From contig DAMAMW010000009.1 in the NCBI GenBank assembly GCA_032073745.1, positions 17,533-81,532 on the forward strand: DNA of 64,000 bases, in the 5' to 3' direction. This DNA is from Lachnospiraceae bacterium (lineage in GTDB: Bacteria; Bacillota; Clostridia; Lachnospirales; Lachnospiraceae). The notes below the pieces were generated by a model. That model was not told where the DNA came from and searched no databases. It saw nothing but the letters and a program-made list of their open reading frames with translations. The translations under genes were made by a program, and so were the position numbers. Every line of letters starts with the position of its first letter. Position 1 is the stretch's first letter. Below are positions 53,409 through 63,392 of this stretch, in pieces.

Positions 53409-55007
53409 TTATTCAAAATAGCAGTCCTGATAGTTGTAGAGCGGCCCGGCCATCCAGAATCCTTTTACATTTTCATTATAAGCCACCAGATCCGCATATT
53501 CGATTACCGGCTCATAGTAGGCCCGGTCATAAACAACCTGCATCAGGTCGTGGTATACATCATTTCTTTCGCCGATATCGTTAAGCAGAAATGCTTCTTC
53601 CCGAAGCTTCAGAGCCTCCTGGAACTTTTCATCCGTATCATGACCGGACTGTGTAAACAGAACTTTGTCTTTGCTGAAGAAATAATTAATCAGTATATAC
53701 GGATCTCCGTTTACATACTGACGGAAGGTGTAAATACCTGGTTTCTCACCGGATCCCATGTAGCCCTCAAGAGTTGCAAAGTCAGACATAACGACATTCA
53801 GGGTGATGTTGGCATCTGCACACATGCCTGTCATAACATCAGCCAGCATCTGGAACATAGATGTATTCTGACAGTAGAAGTCAATGGTAACACCATCGGG
53901 ATAACCGGCCTCGGCAAGCAGTTCTTTGGCCTTTTCTGCCGAGTAGCTGCGCTGATTGTCCGCCATTTTATAAGCAGATACGCCACTTGGGTAAATCGCT
54001 GTAGCCGGTGCTCCCAGATTGCTGAATACTATTTTGTTAATCGCGTCACGGTTCAATGCATAGGATACCGCCTGGCGGACCCGCACATCAGCTAACGGCC
54101 CCTGTCCTTTCGGGAAACAGTTGATCAGTTCAAGAATAGCGATTGTATTGCTTGGGACTACTTCAATGCCATTGCCGGATGTCTCTTTAAATGCAGCCAG
54201 GTCGCTGAACTGCAGGCCACAGGCCAGATCCACACCGCCGGTTTCCAGTTCGATCTTCTGTACATTTGAATCCGGAATAATACGGACAACAATCTTATCC
54301 AGTTTTTTGGTCTCACGGTAACCGTCAAAGCGCAGCAGATTATATTCTGCCCCTTCGGTAAAATCGCCCCACATATACGGGCCGGTGCCGATACAGCTGG
54401 TCGCCCACTCAGCCTCCGGAGTAGCCGTCATATGTTTTTCGGAAATAACATACAGGTTACACAGGTAATACAGTGCCAGTCCCTGTACGCTGTTATAAGG
54501 AATCTGAACGGTATAGTCATCCGTTGCCTCAATATGATCCCAGTCGATATCACCCATATGAGCCGGACTTTTTTGTCTGATCATGGTAAATGAGTAAACA
54601 ACATCAGAAGCTTTCATTTCCTCGCCATCATGGAATTTGATCCCTTGTTTCAGGTGAAGGGTCAGACTTTTTAAATCATCAGAAAACTCATAGGTATCCA
54701 CTAGTACCGGAGTCGGCGCCAGATCACCTTCGCCATAGGCAAACAATGATTCATAGACCGGATTCCACAACTGCCGGCCGACATTTTCCAGACGGTCATA
54801 TGGATTTAAGCTGCCCGGATCAATTGCAATCGCAACCGTCAGCGAGTTTTTTGCCGTTCCCGCTGCCGCACTGTTACCGCCAGCTGTACTGCTTCCTGCC
54901 TGACCTGCGGCAGTGGTATCTGCCGGATCATTTGCAGAACCGGCCTGACCGCAGCCGGCACATAGTATCATGGAAAACGCTAATAGCAATGCTGTCATTC
55001 TCTTCAT
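53409..55007 (-). CDS. ABC substrate-binding lipoprotein, family 5 (peptide/nickel/opine type)
   Basis: Lipobox LCAGC. 532 aa. Lies immediately downstream of the Opp-type permease and ATPase genes. Confidence 0.85.
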   Translation of the reverse strand: MKRMTALLLAFSMILCAGCGQAGSANDPADTTAAGQAGSSTAGGNSAAAGTAKNSLTVAIAIDPGSLNPYDRLENVGRQLWNPVYESLFAYGEGDLAPTPVLVDTYEFSDDLKSLTLHLKQGIKFHDGEEMKASDVVYSFTMIRQKSPAHMGDIDWDHIEATDDYTVQIPYNSVQGLALYYLCNLYVISEKHMTATPEAEWATSCIGTGPYMWGDFTEGAEYNLLRFDGYRETKKLDKIVVRIIPDSNVQKIELETGGVDLACGLQFSDLAAFKETSGNGIEVVPSNTIAILELINCFPKGQGPLADVRVRQAVSYALNRDAINKIVFSNLGAPATAIYPSGVSAYKMADNQRSYSAEKAKELLAEAGYPDGVTIDFYCQNTSMFQMLADVMTGMCADANITLNVVMSDFATLEGYMGSGEKPGIYTFRQYVNGDPYILINYFFSKDKVLFTQSGHDTDEKFQEALKLREEAFLLNDIGERNDVYHDLMQVVYDRAYYEPVIEYADLVAYNENVKGFWMAGPLYNYQDCYFE

Positions 55008-55022
55008 AACTAATCTCCTTCT

Positions 55023-55967
55023 TTACTGGTATAAATGGCAGGCTACAAAATGATCTTTGATCACCTCCCGGGTTACAGGTGTCTGTTTGAAGCACTCCTC
55101 CCTTGCATCATTGCAGCGCGGTGCGAACCGGCAGCCGGGCGGAGGATTGATCGGTGAGGTCAGTTCCCCCCTTATCGCAATCTCGTTCTTCTGATGATGA
55201 ATATCTGCCACCGGCACAGCGGAAAGCAAAGCTTTGGTATACGGGTGGAGCGGGTTACTGAACAGCTCTTCGGTTGAGCAGTGTTCCACGGATACGCCCA
55301 GATACATCACCATAATCGCATGGGAAATATATTTCACAACCGCCAGGTTATGGCTGATAAATAAAAATGTCATTCCGTACTGTTCCTGCAGATCCTTTAA
55401 AAGATTAAGTATTTGTGCCTGAATTGACACATCCAGAGCAGAAACCGGTTCATCACACACAATCAGTGCGGGATTTAACGCCAGCGCCCGGGCAATGCTG
55501 ATACGCTGACGCCGTCCGCCATCCAGTTCATGCGGATATGTCATCCGGTATCTGGCATCGAGCCCGACTATCTTCATCAATTGATCGACCTGGGCATCGA
55601 TATGGGCACCGGAAAACTGTTTTGTTATCCGCAGCGGCTCCGCGATAATCTGACTTACTGTCATTCGGGGATTTACTGAGGAATAAGGATCCTGAAAGAT
55701 CATCTGCATTTTCCACCGCAGGTCTTTTAACTCCTTTTTACTGATATCGGTAATGTCTTTGCCGTCAAAGAAAATCTGTCCGCCGGTATTGTCAAGCAGT
55801 TTAATAATCAGCCGGCCAAGAGTTGATTTGCCGCAACCGGACTCTCCGACGATTCCAAGCGTCTGTTTTTCCGGAACTTTAAAACTGACACCATCTACGG
55901 CATGCAAAGTACCGGAAGGGGTCTCAAAATATTTTTTCAGATCTTTTGTTTCTACTTTTATGTTCAT
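55023..55967 (-). CDS. ABC ATP-binding protein (OppF/DppF-like)
   Basis: Walker A GESGCGKST, signature-region DGGRRQRISIARAL, Walker B LIVCDEP, and a C-terminal oligopeptide-type extension containing Cys residues. Confidence 0.9.
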   Translation of the reverse strand: MNIKVETKDLKKYFETPSGTLHAVDGVSFKVPEKQTLGIVGESGCGKSTLGRLIIKLLDNTGGQIFFDGKDITDISKKELKDLRWKMQMIFQDPYSSVNPRMTVSQIIAEPLRITKQFSGAHIDAQVDQLMKIVGLDARYRMTYPHELDGGRRQRISIARALALNPALIVCDEPVSALDVSIQAQILNLLKDLQEQYGMTFLFISHNLAVVKYISHAIMVMYLGVSVEHCSTEELFSNPLHPYTKALLSAVPVADIHHQKNEIAIRGELTSPINPPPGCRFAPRCNDAREECFKQTPVTREVIKDHFVACHLYQ

Positions 55968-56974
55968 ATTATCCTCCCCTCCTCCTGATCAGACTTATTG
56001 CCAGAGGCTTCCGCATGCAGACACCTGACCAGGTGTCCTTTGCCAACCTCGACCAGCTCCGGCTTCCGGCTGTTACAGGCAGACATTTTACAATCACAGC
56101 GGTCTGCGAATACACAGCCCTGCTTTTCAATACGCGGATCATGCATCGAACCCGGAATCGGCACCAGCCGGTCTTCTGTCGCATTGATATTGGGGATTGC
56201 CTTGAACAATCCTTTGGTATATGGATGGGCGGTGTGGTCATATATCCTTTCAATCGGTCCGATCTCAACGATTTCGCCGGCGTAGATAACCGCTACCTTT
56301 TCACACATCTCAGCTACTACACCAAGATCGTGTGTGATCAAAATAACTGCTGTCCCCAGTTCCCGTTTCAGATTACGGATCAATGCCAGCACCTGATTCT
56401 GAATCGTTACATCCAGTGCTGTGGTTGGTTCATCTGCAATCAGCAGTTCAGGGCGGCAGGCCAGGGCAATGGCTATGACAATTCGCTGTTTCATCCCGCC
56501 GGAAAACTGGCTCGGATAATCCTGATACCGTTCGCCTTTGATGCCCACCATTTCAAGAATCTCTATCGCTTTGACCCGGGCTTCCGCACGGGACAGCTTT
56601 TCGTGAAGCAGAATCACCTCTTCTACCTGGTCACCCACTGTTTCAAGCGGGTTTAAAGCAGTCATCGGATCCTGAAAGATCATCGAAACTTTTTTGCCGC
56701 GGATCTGCTGCATTTCTTTTTTTGATTTTTTCAGTACATCATCACCACTCAGGCGGATCGTTCCTTCCAGAATACGTGCCGGCGGTGTCTGCAGCAGCCG
56801 CATAACCGACAGTGCGATCGTCGTCTTTCCGGCACCTGTCTCTCCGACCAGACCGATGATCTGTCCATGATCCAGGTCAAAACTAACATCATTGACTGCG
56901 TGTACAACACCGTTATCCGTCATATACTTTACTTTCAAATGTTCTACTTCAAGCAATTTTGTCTTTTCACTCAT
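55964..56974 (-). CDS. ABC ATP-binding protein (OppD/DppD-like)
   Basis: Walker A GETGAGKT, signature FSGGMKQR, Walker [13 protein letters not shown]. Confidence 0.9.
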   Translation of the reverse strand: MSEKTKLLEVEHLKVKYMTDNGVVHAVNDVSFDLDHGQIIGLVGETGAGKTTIALSVMRLLQTPPARILEGTIRLSGDDVLKKSKKEMQQIRGKKVSMIFQDPMTALNPLETVGDQVEEVILLHEKLSRAEARVKAIEILEMVGIKGERYQDYPSQFSGGMKQRIVIAIALACRPELLIADEPTTALDVTIQNQVLALIRNLKRELGTAVILITHDLGVVAEMCEKVAVIYAGEIVEIGPIERIYDHTAHPYTKGLFKAIPNINATEDRLVPIPGSMHDPRIEKQGCVFADRCDCKMSACNSRKPELVEVGKGHLVRCLHAEASGNKSDQEEGRII

Positions 56975-56985
56975 CTATGTATTAC

Positions 56986-57843
56986 CTACCTTTTCTGTTT
57001 CGGATCAAGGGCATCTCTGAGTCCGTCGCCAATCAGGTTGATAGCCAGAACTACGAACATAATGAAGATACCGGGAATCGTGGTGAGCCACCAGCATTCT
57101 CTCATATAAGCCTTTCCTGCTGACAGCATTGCCCCCCATTCCGGCTCCGGCGGCTGCAGGCCAAGCCCCAGAAAGCTCAGTGAAGAACCGGTCAGAATTG
57201 CCTGTGCTACAAACATCGTATATTGAATAATAATTGGTGCAATCGCATTGGGCAGAACATATTTCAGAATAATTCTCAGGTCACCGGCATTATTGGAAAC
57301 AGCCGCCTCGATGAACTCCTGATTACGTACACCCATAATGGCTGCCCGGGTCACCCGGGTCATCGCCGGAGCACCGGCAATACCAACTGCGATCATCGTA
57401 TTTACAAAACCAGGTCCAAAGCAAGCCGTCATAACCAATGCCAGTAAAATATTAGGCAGTGTCATAAAGATATCCACACACCGCATGATGATATTGTCCA
57501 GGCGTCCGCCGTAATATCCGGTGATACAACCCAGAAAGATGCCGATTGCCGCCGAGATTGATGATGCGATCAGTCCCATTGCTATCGTATACTTCGTTCC
57601 ATAGATCATCCGGCTGAAAATATCACGGCCATACTGATCAGTACCAAACAGACTGTCCGCAGACGGCGGCATCAGGACGTTATCGTATTTTTGATTGTTA
57701 ATCCCTTCCGGTGCAATCCTGCTTTCAAATAAGATAATCAGAATCAGCAGAAGAATTACGAAAACTCCTGCAATGGCAAGTTTATTTCTGCGAAAGCGTT
57801 TCCAAAATTCATACAGCAAACTGCTTTTTTTACTCGTATCCAT
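56986..57843 (-). CDS. ABC permease (OppC/DppC-like)
   Basis: Six TM helices and a BPD_transp_1 core. Confidence 0.85.
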   Translation of the reverse strand: MDTSKKSSLLYEFWKRFRRNKLAIAGVFVILLLILIILFESRIAPEGINNQKYDNVLMPPSADSLFGTDQYGRDIFSRMIYGTKYTIAMGLIASSISAAIGIFLGCITGYYGGRLDNIIMRCVDIFMTLPNILLALVMTACFGPGFVNTMIAVGIAGAPAMTRVTRAAIMGVRNQEFIEAAVSNNAGDLRIILKYVLPNAIAPIIIQYTMFVAQAILTGSSLSFLGLGLQPPEPEWGAMLSAGKAYMRECWWLTTIPGIFIMFVVLAINLIGDGLRDALDPKQKR

Positions 57844-57871
57844 TCTCTATCTCCTTACTCCTGCTTTTCTG

Positions 57872-58822
57872 TCACCGTCTCTTTACCTGTTTTTGCTTAA
57901 ACTGACTCTTAATACGCGGGTCGATCATCGCAAAAATCAGATCTGTCACCAGATTGACAATACAGCAGGTAACAGCCAGCACCATAATCGCTCCCATTAC
58001 GACGATATAATCCCGGGAAACAATACTGTCAACGAGCATCTTGCAAAGCCCCGGTATGGAAAATACGGTTTCGATAACGGTAGAGTTGGCCAGTGCTCCA
58101 CAGAAGGTGGATGATATGACCGTAATAATCGGCAAAGATGCATTCTTAAGCATGTGCCGCCAGATAATAACCGACTCTTTCTGCCCCTTTGCTTCAGCGG
58201 TCTTAATATAATCCTGGCGGTAAACCTCAAGAATAGCCGAGCGGGTTGTCCGCATGATCGTCGCCATACCGGCAATCCCTGCCGTCACTGCCGGAAGGAT
58301 AAAATACTTCAGGCTTTCACTCCCCGAAGCCGGCAGCCATCCCAGATGGAAGGAAAATATCAGGATCAGCTGCAATGCCAGCCAGAAGTTCGGCATGGAC
58401 ACCCCAATCATTCCAAAGAACGAAACAATATTGTCCAGTACGGAATACTGTTTCAGCGCCGAGATGATTCCGAGCGGAACGCCGATAAACAGCATGATTG
58501 TCATCGATAGAAGCGTGAGCTCCAGTGTCACCGGAAATGTCTGAATAATACGACGGGCCACAGGCGTATTGGATTTGTAGGAATTACCCAGATCCCCTTT
58601 GGTAAAAACTTTCGATATGTAGTCGAAATATTGAACGGCGAAGGGCTTATCCAACCCATGGTCTTCTCTGAACTTTGCCACATCTGCTTCTGTTGCATCA
58701 CTGCCCGTATGAATCCGGGCCGGATCCCCCGGTGCCGCATTGAGCAGGGCAAATACCAAAAATGATGCGCAAATCATAACAGGGATGATCCAGAGAAATC
58801 GCTTTATTATGTACTTCAGCAT
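57872..58822 (-). CDS. ABC permease (OppB/DppB-like)
   Basis: AAGGAG RBS before ATG 58822. MLKYIIKRFLWIIPVMI is a typical OppB N-terminus. The ORF-track extension to 58933 is basic and has no RBS. Confidence 0.85.
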   Translation of the reverse strand: MLKYIIKRFLWIIPVMICASFLVFALLNAAPGDPARIHTGSDATEADVAKFREDHGLDKPFAVQYFDYISKVFTKGDLGNSYKSNTPVARRIIQTFPVTLELTLLSMTIMLFIGVPLGIISALKQYSVLDNIVSFFGMIGVSMPNFWLALQLILIFSFHLGWLPASGSESLKYFILPAVTAGIAGMATIMRTTRSAILEVYRQDYIKTAEAKGQKESVIIWRHMLKNASLPIITVISSTFCGALANSTVIETVFSIPGLCKMLVDSIVSRDYIVVMGAIMVLAVTCCIVNLVTDLIFAMIDPRIKSQFKQKQVKRR

Positions 58823-59110
58823 GGTGAGTCGCTCCTTTTTCTTTCCAGACAGATAATCGTGTAACCGTCTCCCCTGTTCCGGCCTTGCCCGCATGCGTTT
58901 TACTTTAGGCCGGATTTTTTTCAATCTGCACAATGTGGAGGGGAGATCTTTTGCAGATAATAAGTACCTTCATGAATTAATTGTATATTATCACAGATAA
59001 TGGCAGATTAAAATTATATAATTTGTCCATCACTTTGCTTATCTTGAACTAGCGTTGTTGTAAATTTCTTCCAGTCGGGGGAATACAAAAAATAAATCGA
59101 GGTGATTACA

Positions 59111-59371
59111 ATGTATGGAGAAATTCTAAAACAGCTCAGGGAATTAGGCGATTATACTCAGACCAAAATGGCAAAGCAATTAGGAATTGCCCAAAACACA
59201 TTATCCCAGTATGAAAACAACCAACGTGAAACAAAATTTGAAATGATTTTAAGAGTTGCAGAAATTAGTAATATAAAAATAATATTTGATGACAAAAGTA
59301 TTAATTATCAGTATGAGATTGTAAAAGAGAACGAGAAATTCATGTTACAGGCCATTGATGAAGAAAAATAG
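59111..59371 (+). CDS. XRE-family helix-turn-helix protein (86 aa)
   Basis: GAGG lies 8 nt before ATG 59111. HTH is TQTKMAKQLGIAQNTLSQYENNQR. Confidence 0.75.
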   Translation: MYGEILKQLRELGDYTQTKMAKQLGIAQNTLSQYENNQRETKFEMILRVAEISNIKIIFDDKSINYQYEIVKENEKFMLQAIDEEK

Positions 59372-59481
59372 ATCTGCTGGAAGGAGTGTAAAAAAGATCA
59401 TATGCAAATTTTACACTCCCCTAAAAGAGGATGTCACAAGGAAACCCTTGCAACATCCCGCAGCAGTTAAAAACCTAATAG

Positions 59482-59979
59482 TTAACCATTATTTTGAGAA
59501 ATACATTTTCTATACAATTCCGACTTATCATCATAGTAAAACTTATTTGCCTCTAAAACCTTAATCGACGCGACATTGGTTCTGCCCTCTTCAATGGTAG
59601 GATCTGCTACCAGCTGAACCACGCCATGGTTCTCCGCCAATACTTGATCGCTGATTAACCTGACCAGTAGTTTTCCGAGCCCTTTTCCCAGCAAAGCTTC
59701 ATCACCGATCATATAGTCAATTCCATATGTACCTTCCGGCTCTGCGGTTTCATCATCATCCAAAGGTAATTTCGTATAGTCATAATACTGGCAAAAGCCA
59801 ATTGGCCGGCCATCTTCTTCAGCAATAAAATGTTTAATAAAGCTGTATTCATCATGTCGTCCCTTAATTTCCACCATCCAGTCAGCAACATCACCAAACC
59901 ATTTGCGGATATATTCCTGCTCCAGCCATGACTGTACCAGGTCTACATCCGCATCATTCAATTTCCTAAGATTATACAT
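59482..59979 (-). CDS. GNAT family N-acetyltransferase (AAC(6')/Acetyltransf_8-like architecture)
   Basis: ...PIGFCQYYDY...YGIDYMIGDEALLGKGLGKLL...VQLVADPTIEEGRTNVASIKVLEANKF. The substrate is not inferable. Confidence 0.65.
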   Translation of the reverse strand: MYNLRKLNDADVDLVQSWLEQEYIRKWFGDVADWMVEIKGRHDEYSFIKHFIAEEDGRPIGFCQYYDYTKLPLDDDETAEPEGTYGIDYMIGDEALLGKGLGKLLVRLISDQVLAENHGVVQLVADPTIEEGRTNVASIKVLEANKFYYDDKSELYRKCISQNNG

Positions 59980-59988
59980 AAAAGCCTC

Positions 59989-60471
59989 CTAAAGATCCAG
60001 CTGCATATAAACAGCGGTAAGTGCAGGGTTATCATTATATTTCTCAATTACATAAAACCCGTATTGTTTATACATTGCAATTGCCCGTTCCATTGTAGGA
60101 AAAGTATCAAGCCGCATATATTTATATCCGATCTGCCTGGCATCCGCGATCACCTGATCGGCCAGTATTTTTCCGATATGCTTTCCCTGATAGCCAGGTC
60201 TTACATACAACCGCTTGATTTCACAATAATCGTCATCTGTTTTTTTCAGTGCTACACACCCAACCACATCTTCACCAATATATGCAAGATACAGGCGGCC
60301 ATCCGGCCATCCGTATTTCAGTTCCAGATCAAGTACTTCATGGTCATAATTCTGAACTTCCAGACAGCGTCTTACATCTTCACCCTGACTGATAATGTGG
60401 TCTCTGTACTCATTAAATAATTGCCCTACTTCCTGTGGCTTGTCATATGCCAATTCAAGTTCTACATTCAT
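59989..60471 (-). CDS. GNAT family N-acetyltransferase
   Basis: Acetyl-CoA-binding motif YVRPGYQGKHIGKIL and C-terminal YKQYGFYVIE. Confidence 0.8.
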   Translation of the reverse strand: MNVELELAYDKPQEVGQLFNEYRDHIISQGEDVRRCLEVQNYDHEVLDLELKYGWPDGRLYLAYIGEDVVGCVALKKTDDDYCEIKRLYVRPGYQGKHIGKILADQVIADARQIGYKYMRLDTFPTMERAIAMYKQYGFYVIEKYNDNPALTAVYMQLDL

Positions 60472-60479
60472 TTCATCTG

Positions 60480-60827
60480 CTACTGTTCATTCTTCCATCC
60501 TTTATTTTCCTCGCCCCATAAGCACAATTCATCCAGCACGTGCATCAGCGACTTTCCCCGTCCAGTCAGGGAATATTCCACCTTCGGCGGTATCTGCGGA
60601 AAAATCACTTTCACAATCAATCCATCCCGTTCCAGTTCCTTCAGGTTTTGGCTGAGTGTCTTGTCCGAAATTCGTCTCAGATATCGCTGCAGTTCATTGA
60701 ATCGAACCGTTTGAAATTCCATCAGACAATACAAAATAACCATCTTGTATTTTCCTGATATCAGTGACAACGTATAACTGAATCCCGTCTCCTCAAAATT
60801 GGTATCTTTGATACATTTTGATATCAT
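60480..60827 (-). CDS. HxlR family transcriptional regulator
   Basis: GGAGGAAAGG precedes ATG 60827. ISGKYKMVILYCL...VRFNELQRYLRRISDKTLSQNLKELERDGLIVKVIFPQIPPKVEYSLT. Confidence 0.8.
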   Translation of the reverse strand: MISKCIKDTNFEETGFSYTLSLISGKYKMVILYCLMEFQTVRFNELQRYLRRISDKTLSQNLKELERDGLIVKVIFPQIPPKVEYSLTGRGKSLMHVLDELCLWGEENKGWKNEQ

Positions 60828-60971
60828 ATCAGCATTCACCCTTTCCTCCAGGTAAGTAACTAACCCAATTTTCGGTACTTGTTTTTTCTTCCGGCTTCTA
60901 CTATCATAACATATATAGCAAAACTGTCTAGACACATTTGCGAAAAACTAAGATTACATGGAGGATTTTCG

Positions 60972-61541
60972 ATGAAGAAAAGTTTTGGAGTTCAGCCTTA
61001 TCTGTTCCCTATGCCCGTATTAATGATTGCAACCTACAATGATGACGAAAAGGTCAATGTCATGAACGCTGCCTGGGGTGGCATCTGTGCTGAAAACATG
61101 ATTATGTTAAGCCTTGAGGAAACTCATAAAACCTCACAGAATATAAAAAAGAGAGGGGCTTTTACCGTCAGCCTTGCGGATCTCGACCATATCGAGGCCG
61201 CTGACTTTTTCGGCATTGCATCCGGCAATAAAATGCCTGACAAATTTGAGAAAAGCGGACTTCACGCAGTCAAAAGCGAACTCGTTGATGCGCCTGTTGT
61301 CGAAGAGTTTCCGATCGCACTGGAATGCAAAGTTGCTGAAATCCAGAATGACGACTACGGTTTCCGGGTTGTTGGCGAAATTGTTAATGTTTTAGTCGAT
61401 GAGGAGGCATTGGATGAAAAGGGGAAAGTTGATCCATCCAAACTGAATGCATTTGTCTTTGACCAGTTCCAGCATGGGTATTATAAGATCGGGGAAAAGG
61501 TTGGGCAGGCCTGGAAAAGCGGCGCAGGTTTGATGAAATAA
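60972..61541 (+). CDS. flavin reductase family protein
   Basis: GGAGGA RBS, then ATG 60972. PMPVLMIATYNDDEKVNVMNAAWGG is a typical Flavin_Reduct N-terminus. Divergent from the HxlR gene. Confidence 0.8.
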   Translation: MKKSFGVQPYLFPMPVLMIATYNDDEKVNVMNAAWGGICAENMIMLSLEETHKTSQNIKKRGAFTVSLADLDHIEAADFFGIASGNKMPDKFEKSGLHAVKSELVDAPVVEEFPIALECKVAEIQNDDYGFRVVGEIVNVLVDEEALDEKGKVDPSKLNAFVFDQFQHGYYKIGEKVGQAWKSGAGLMK

Positions 61542-61640
61542 ATATTTGCTGTAATATACTTAAGGGCAAAGGAGGGTGCTGCAAAAAATATTTTTGTTGC
61601 ATCCTCTATACTGTTAGCAATAAAATAATGCAATTTTTCC

Positions 61641-61669
61641 TTGACATCAGAATGATCTTTGAACATAAT
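61641..61669 (+). promoter_or_regulatory. near-consensus sigma-A promoter about 200 nt upstream of the second Rpn gene
   Basis: TTGACA (61641-61646), 17 nt, CATAAT (61664-61669). Confidence 0.5.
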
Positions 61670-61869
61670 AAAGAGAGTTTCACTTCGCTTTCCTCTCTGG
61701 AAAGCAAATCAATACTGGCCCTGACAGGCCATGTTAGCCGGTTCGGCTGATTATCACACAGTTAAAATAAGATACAGAAAGCAGGTGTTGCCTTTGAATG
61801 GTTATGTTTGACGATATTATTATGTAATTATGCCAAAATGACTTGTAACGCAGACTGATTTTTTTTATA

Positions 61870-62802
61870 ATGGAGGAAAGATATTTGGGAAATAAACAAA
61901 CAATAAAACCACTGAAAGACCTGACGCTGCTGGATCGTTTTTTATTTGCTGAGGCCATGGATGATCCTGAGATTAATCAGCTGATACTGGAAATTATTTT
62001 AGGGAAAGAACTTCTTATGCACAACTGGACACAGACTGAAAAGGAAGTTCGTATTTCACCTCTGGCCAGATCCATCCGGGTGGATGTATTTTCTTCAGAC
62101 GAAGATGGTAATGTATATGATGCGGAAGTCCAGAAAAAGGATGAGGGGAACCTGCCCAGGCGCAGCCGTTTGTATCAGGGACTGATTGACTCTACATTAC
62201 TTGTTCCTGGAATTATTGATTTTAATGAGATGAAAGACTGCTATATTATTATCATTAGTCCGTTCGACTTGATCAATCAAGGCCGCTATAGTTACACATT
62301 CCGAATGCGTTGTGATGAAGATCGGGACTATTGCCTGGGGGATGGAGGTGTCCGTATTTTCCTTAATACAAGAGGAACGGATGAGCATTCGGCCAGTCCC
62401 GAGCTGATTGAACTGTTGCATTATATTGAAAGGGTGACAGGGGATGTGCAGCCGGAAATCACCGGGGATAAGCTAAAACAAATTCATCAGCGGGTGCAGT
62501 CTGTCAGGCAAAGTGAAGAGACAGGAGTGAAGTATATGCAGCTATGGGAAGAGAGACTGCTGGATAAACAGGAAGCAAGAGAGGAAGGACTGACAGAGGG
62601 TCGGAAAGAGGGTCGTGCGATTGGCCAAAAGTTAAGCCAGATAATATTAATCCGCAAAAATTTCAATCATGGCATGTCAATTGAATCAATTGCAGTTTTT
62701 CTGGACCTTGATGCCAGTATCGTAAAACAAATCTGTGAAAAAATTCAGACGGAACCAGATGTTCCGGATGAGGAGCTGACTTTAATCTTGCCAAACCTTT
62801 AA
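61870..62802 (+). CDS. Rpn/PD-(D/E)XK family nuclease ('recombination-promoting nuclease / putative transposase')
   Basis: KPLKDLTLLDRFLFAEAM...IRVDVFSSDEDGNVYDAEVQKK (a D...E.K nuclease core) and a C-terminal (E/K)GR repeat region. GGAGGA at 61872-61877 makes TTG 61885 an equally likely start. Confidence 0.75.
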   Translation: MEERYLGNKQTIKPLKDLTLLDRFLFAEAMDDPEINQLILEIILGKELLMHNWTQTEKEVRISPLARSIRVDVFSSDEDGNVYDAEVQKKDEGNLPRRSRLYQGLIDSTLLVPGIIDFNEMKDCYIIIISPFDLINQGRYSYTFRMRCDEDRDYCLGDGGVRIFLNTRGTDEHSASPELIELLHYIERVTGDVQPEITGDKLKQIHQRVQSVRQSEETGVKYMQLWEERLLDKQEAREEGLTEGRKEGRAIGQKLSQIILIRKNFNHGMSIESIAVFLDLDASIVKQICEKIQTEPDVPDEELTLILPNL

Positions 62803-62808
62803 TGAAGT

Positions 62809-62850
62809 AAAAAGGCTATACTCATTCCGTTTTCTGAGTATGGCCTTTTT
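62809..62850. terminator. bidirectional terminator hairpin
   Basis: Stem aaaaggctatactca / tgagtatggcctttt (one G-U pair) with T-runs on both sides. Confidence 0.7.
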
Positions 62851-62858
62851 ACATTTTA

Positions 62859-63383
62859 TCATCGAACGACATATCGAAGCACCACAATCCCATCCTCAAC
62901 ATACTGACCCGTCAAGTGCAGCGAAATCATTGGATTATCCGGCAAAAACAGCGGTATGCCCCGCCCCAATATGACCGGAATAACCCCAATCACATATACA
63001 TCTATTAATCCCGCCTTCAAGATCGGATCAATCGACATACTGCCGCCAAACAAGTAGATGTCACCATCCGTCACTTTCTGTAGTTCCTGCACCTTATCCG
63101 GAATATCCCCGGCAATAAAATGAACATTATCGTAATCTTCAACCTGCTGAGAAGTTACAACATACACATCTTTATCTGCATATTCCTTATGCATATCAAG
63201 ATCGAAACACCGTTTTCCCATAACAACTGCAGACACCTGCTCCAGAAACTTGTCATGACTCCAACGCTCATTCGTATTCAGCGCAGCATCTCCCGATGGC
63301 ACAATCCAGTCATATCCATCATTTTCATCAGCGATAAATCCATCCAGACTGATCGCCAGATTTAAAATAATTCTCCCGGCCAT
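62859..63383 (-). CDS. dihydrofolate-reductase-like (RibD C-terminal domain) family protein
   Basis: RIILNLAISLDGFIADENDGYDWI and YLFGGSMSI are typical of the RibD_C family. Confidence 0.8.
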   Translation of the reverse strand: MAGRIILNLAISLDGFIADENDGYDWIVPSGDAALNTNERWSHDKFLEQVSAVVMGKRCFDLDMHKEYADKDVYVVTSQQVEDYDNVHFIAGDIPDKVQELQKVTDGDIYLFGGSMSIDPILKAGLIDVYVIGVIPVILGRGIPLFLPDNPMISLHLTGQYVEDGIVVLRYVVR

Positions 63384-63392
63384 TTTTCCTCC

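Noticed and set aside
55946-56656. 236-aa plus-strand ORF
   Set aside because: It is antisense to the OppD-like ATPase gene, which has Walker and signature motifs on the minus strand.
59355-59564. 69-aa plus-strand ORF after the XRE gene as a possible toxin partner
   Set aside because: It overlaps the 3' end of the GNAT gene on the opposite strand, and it has no RBS and no recognisable fold.
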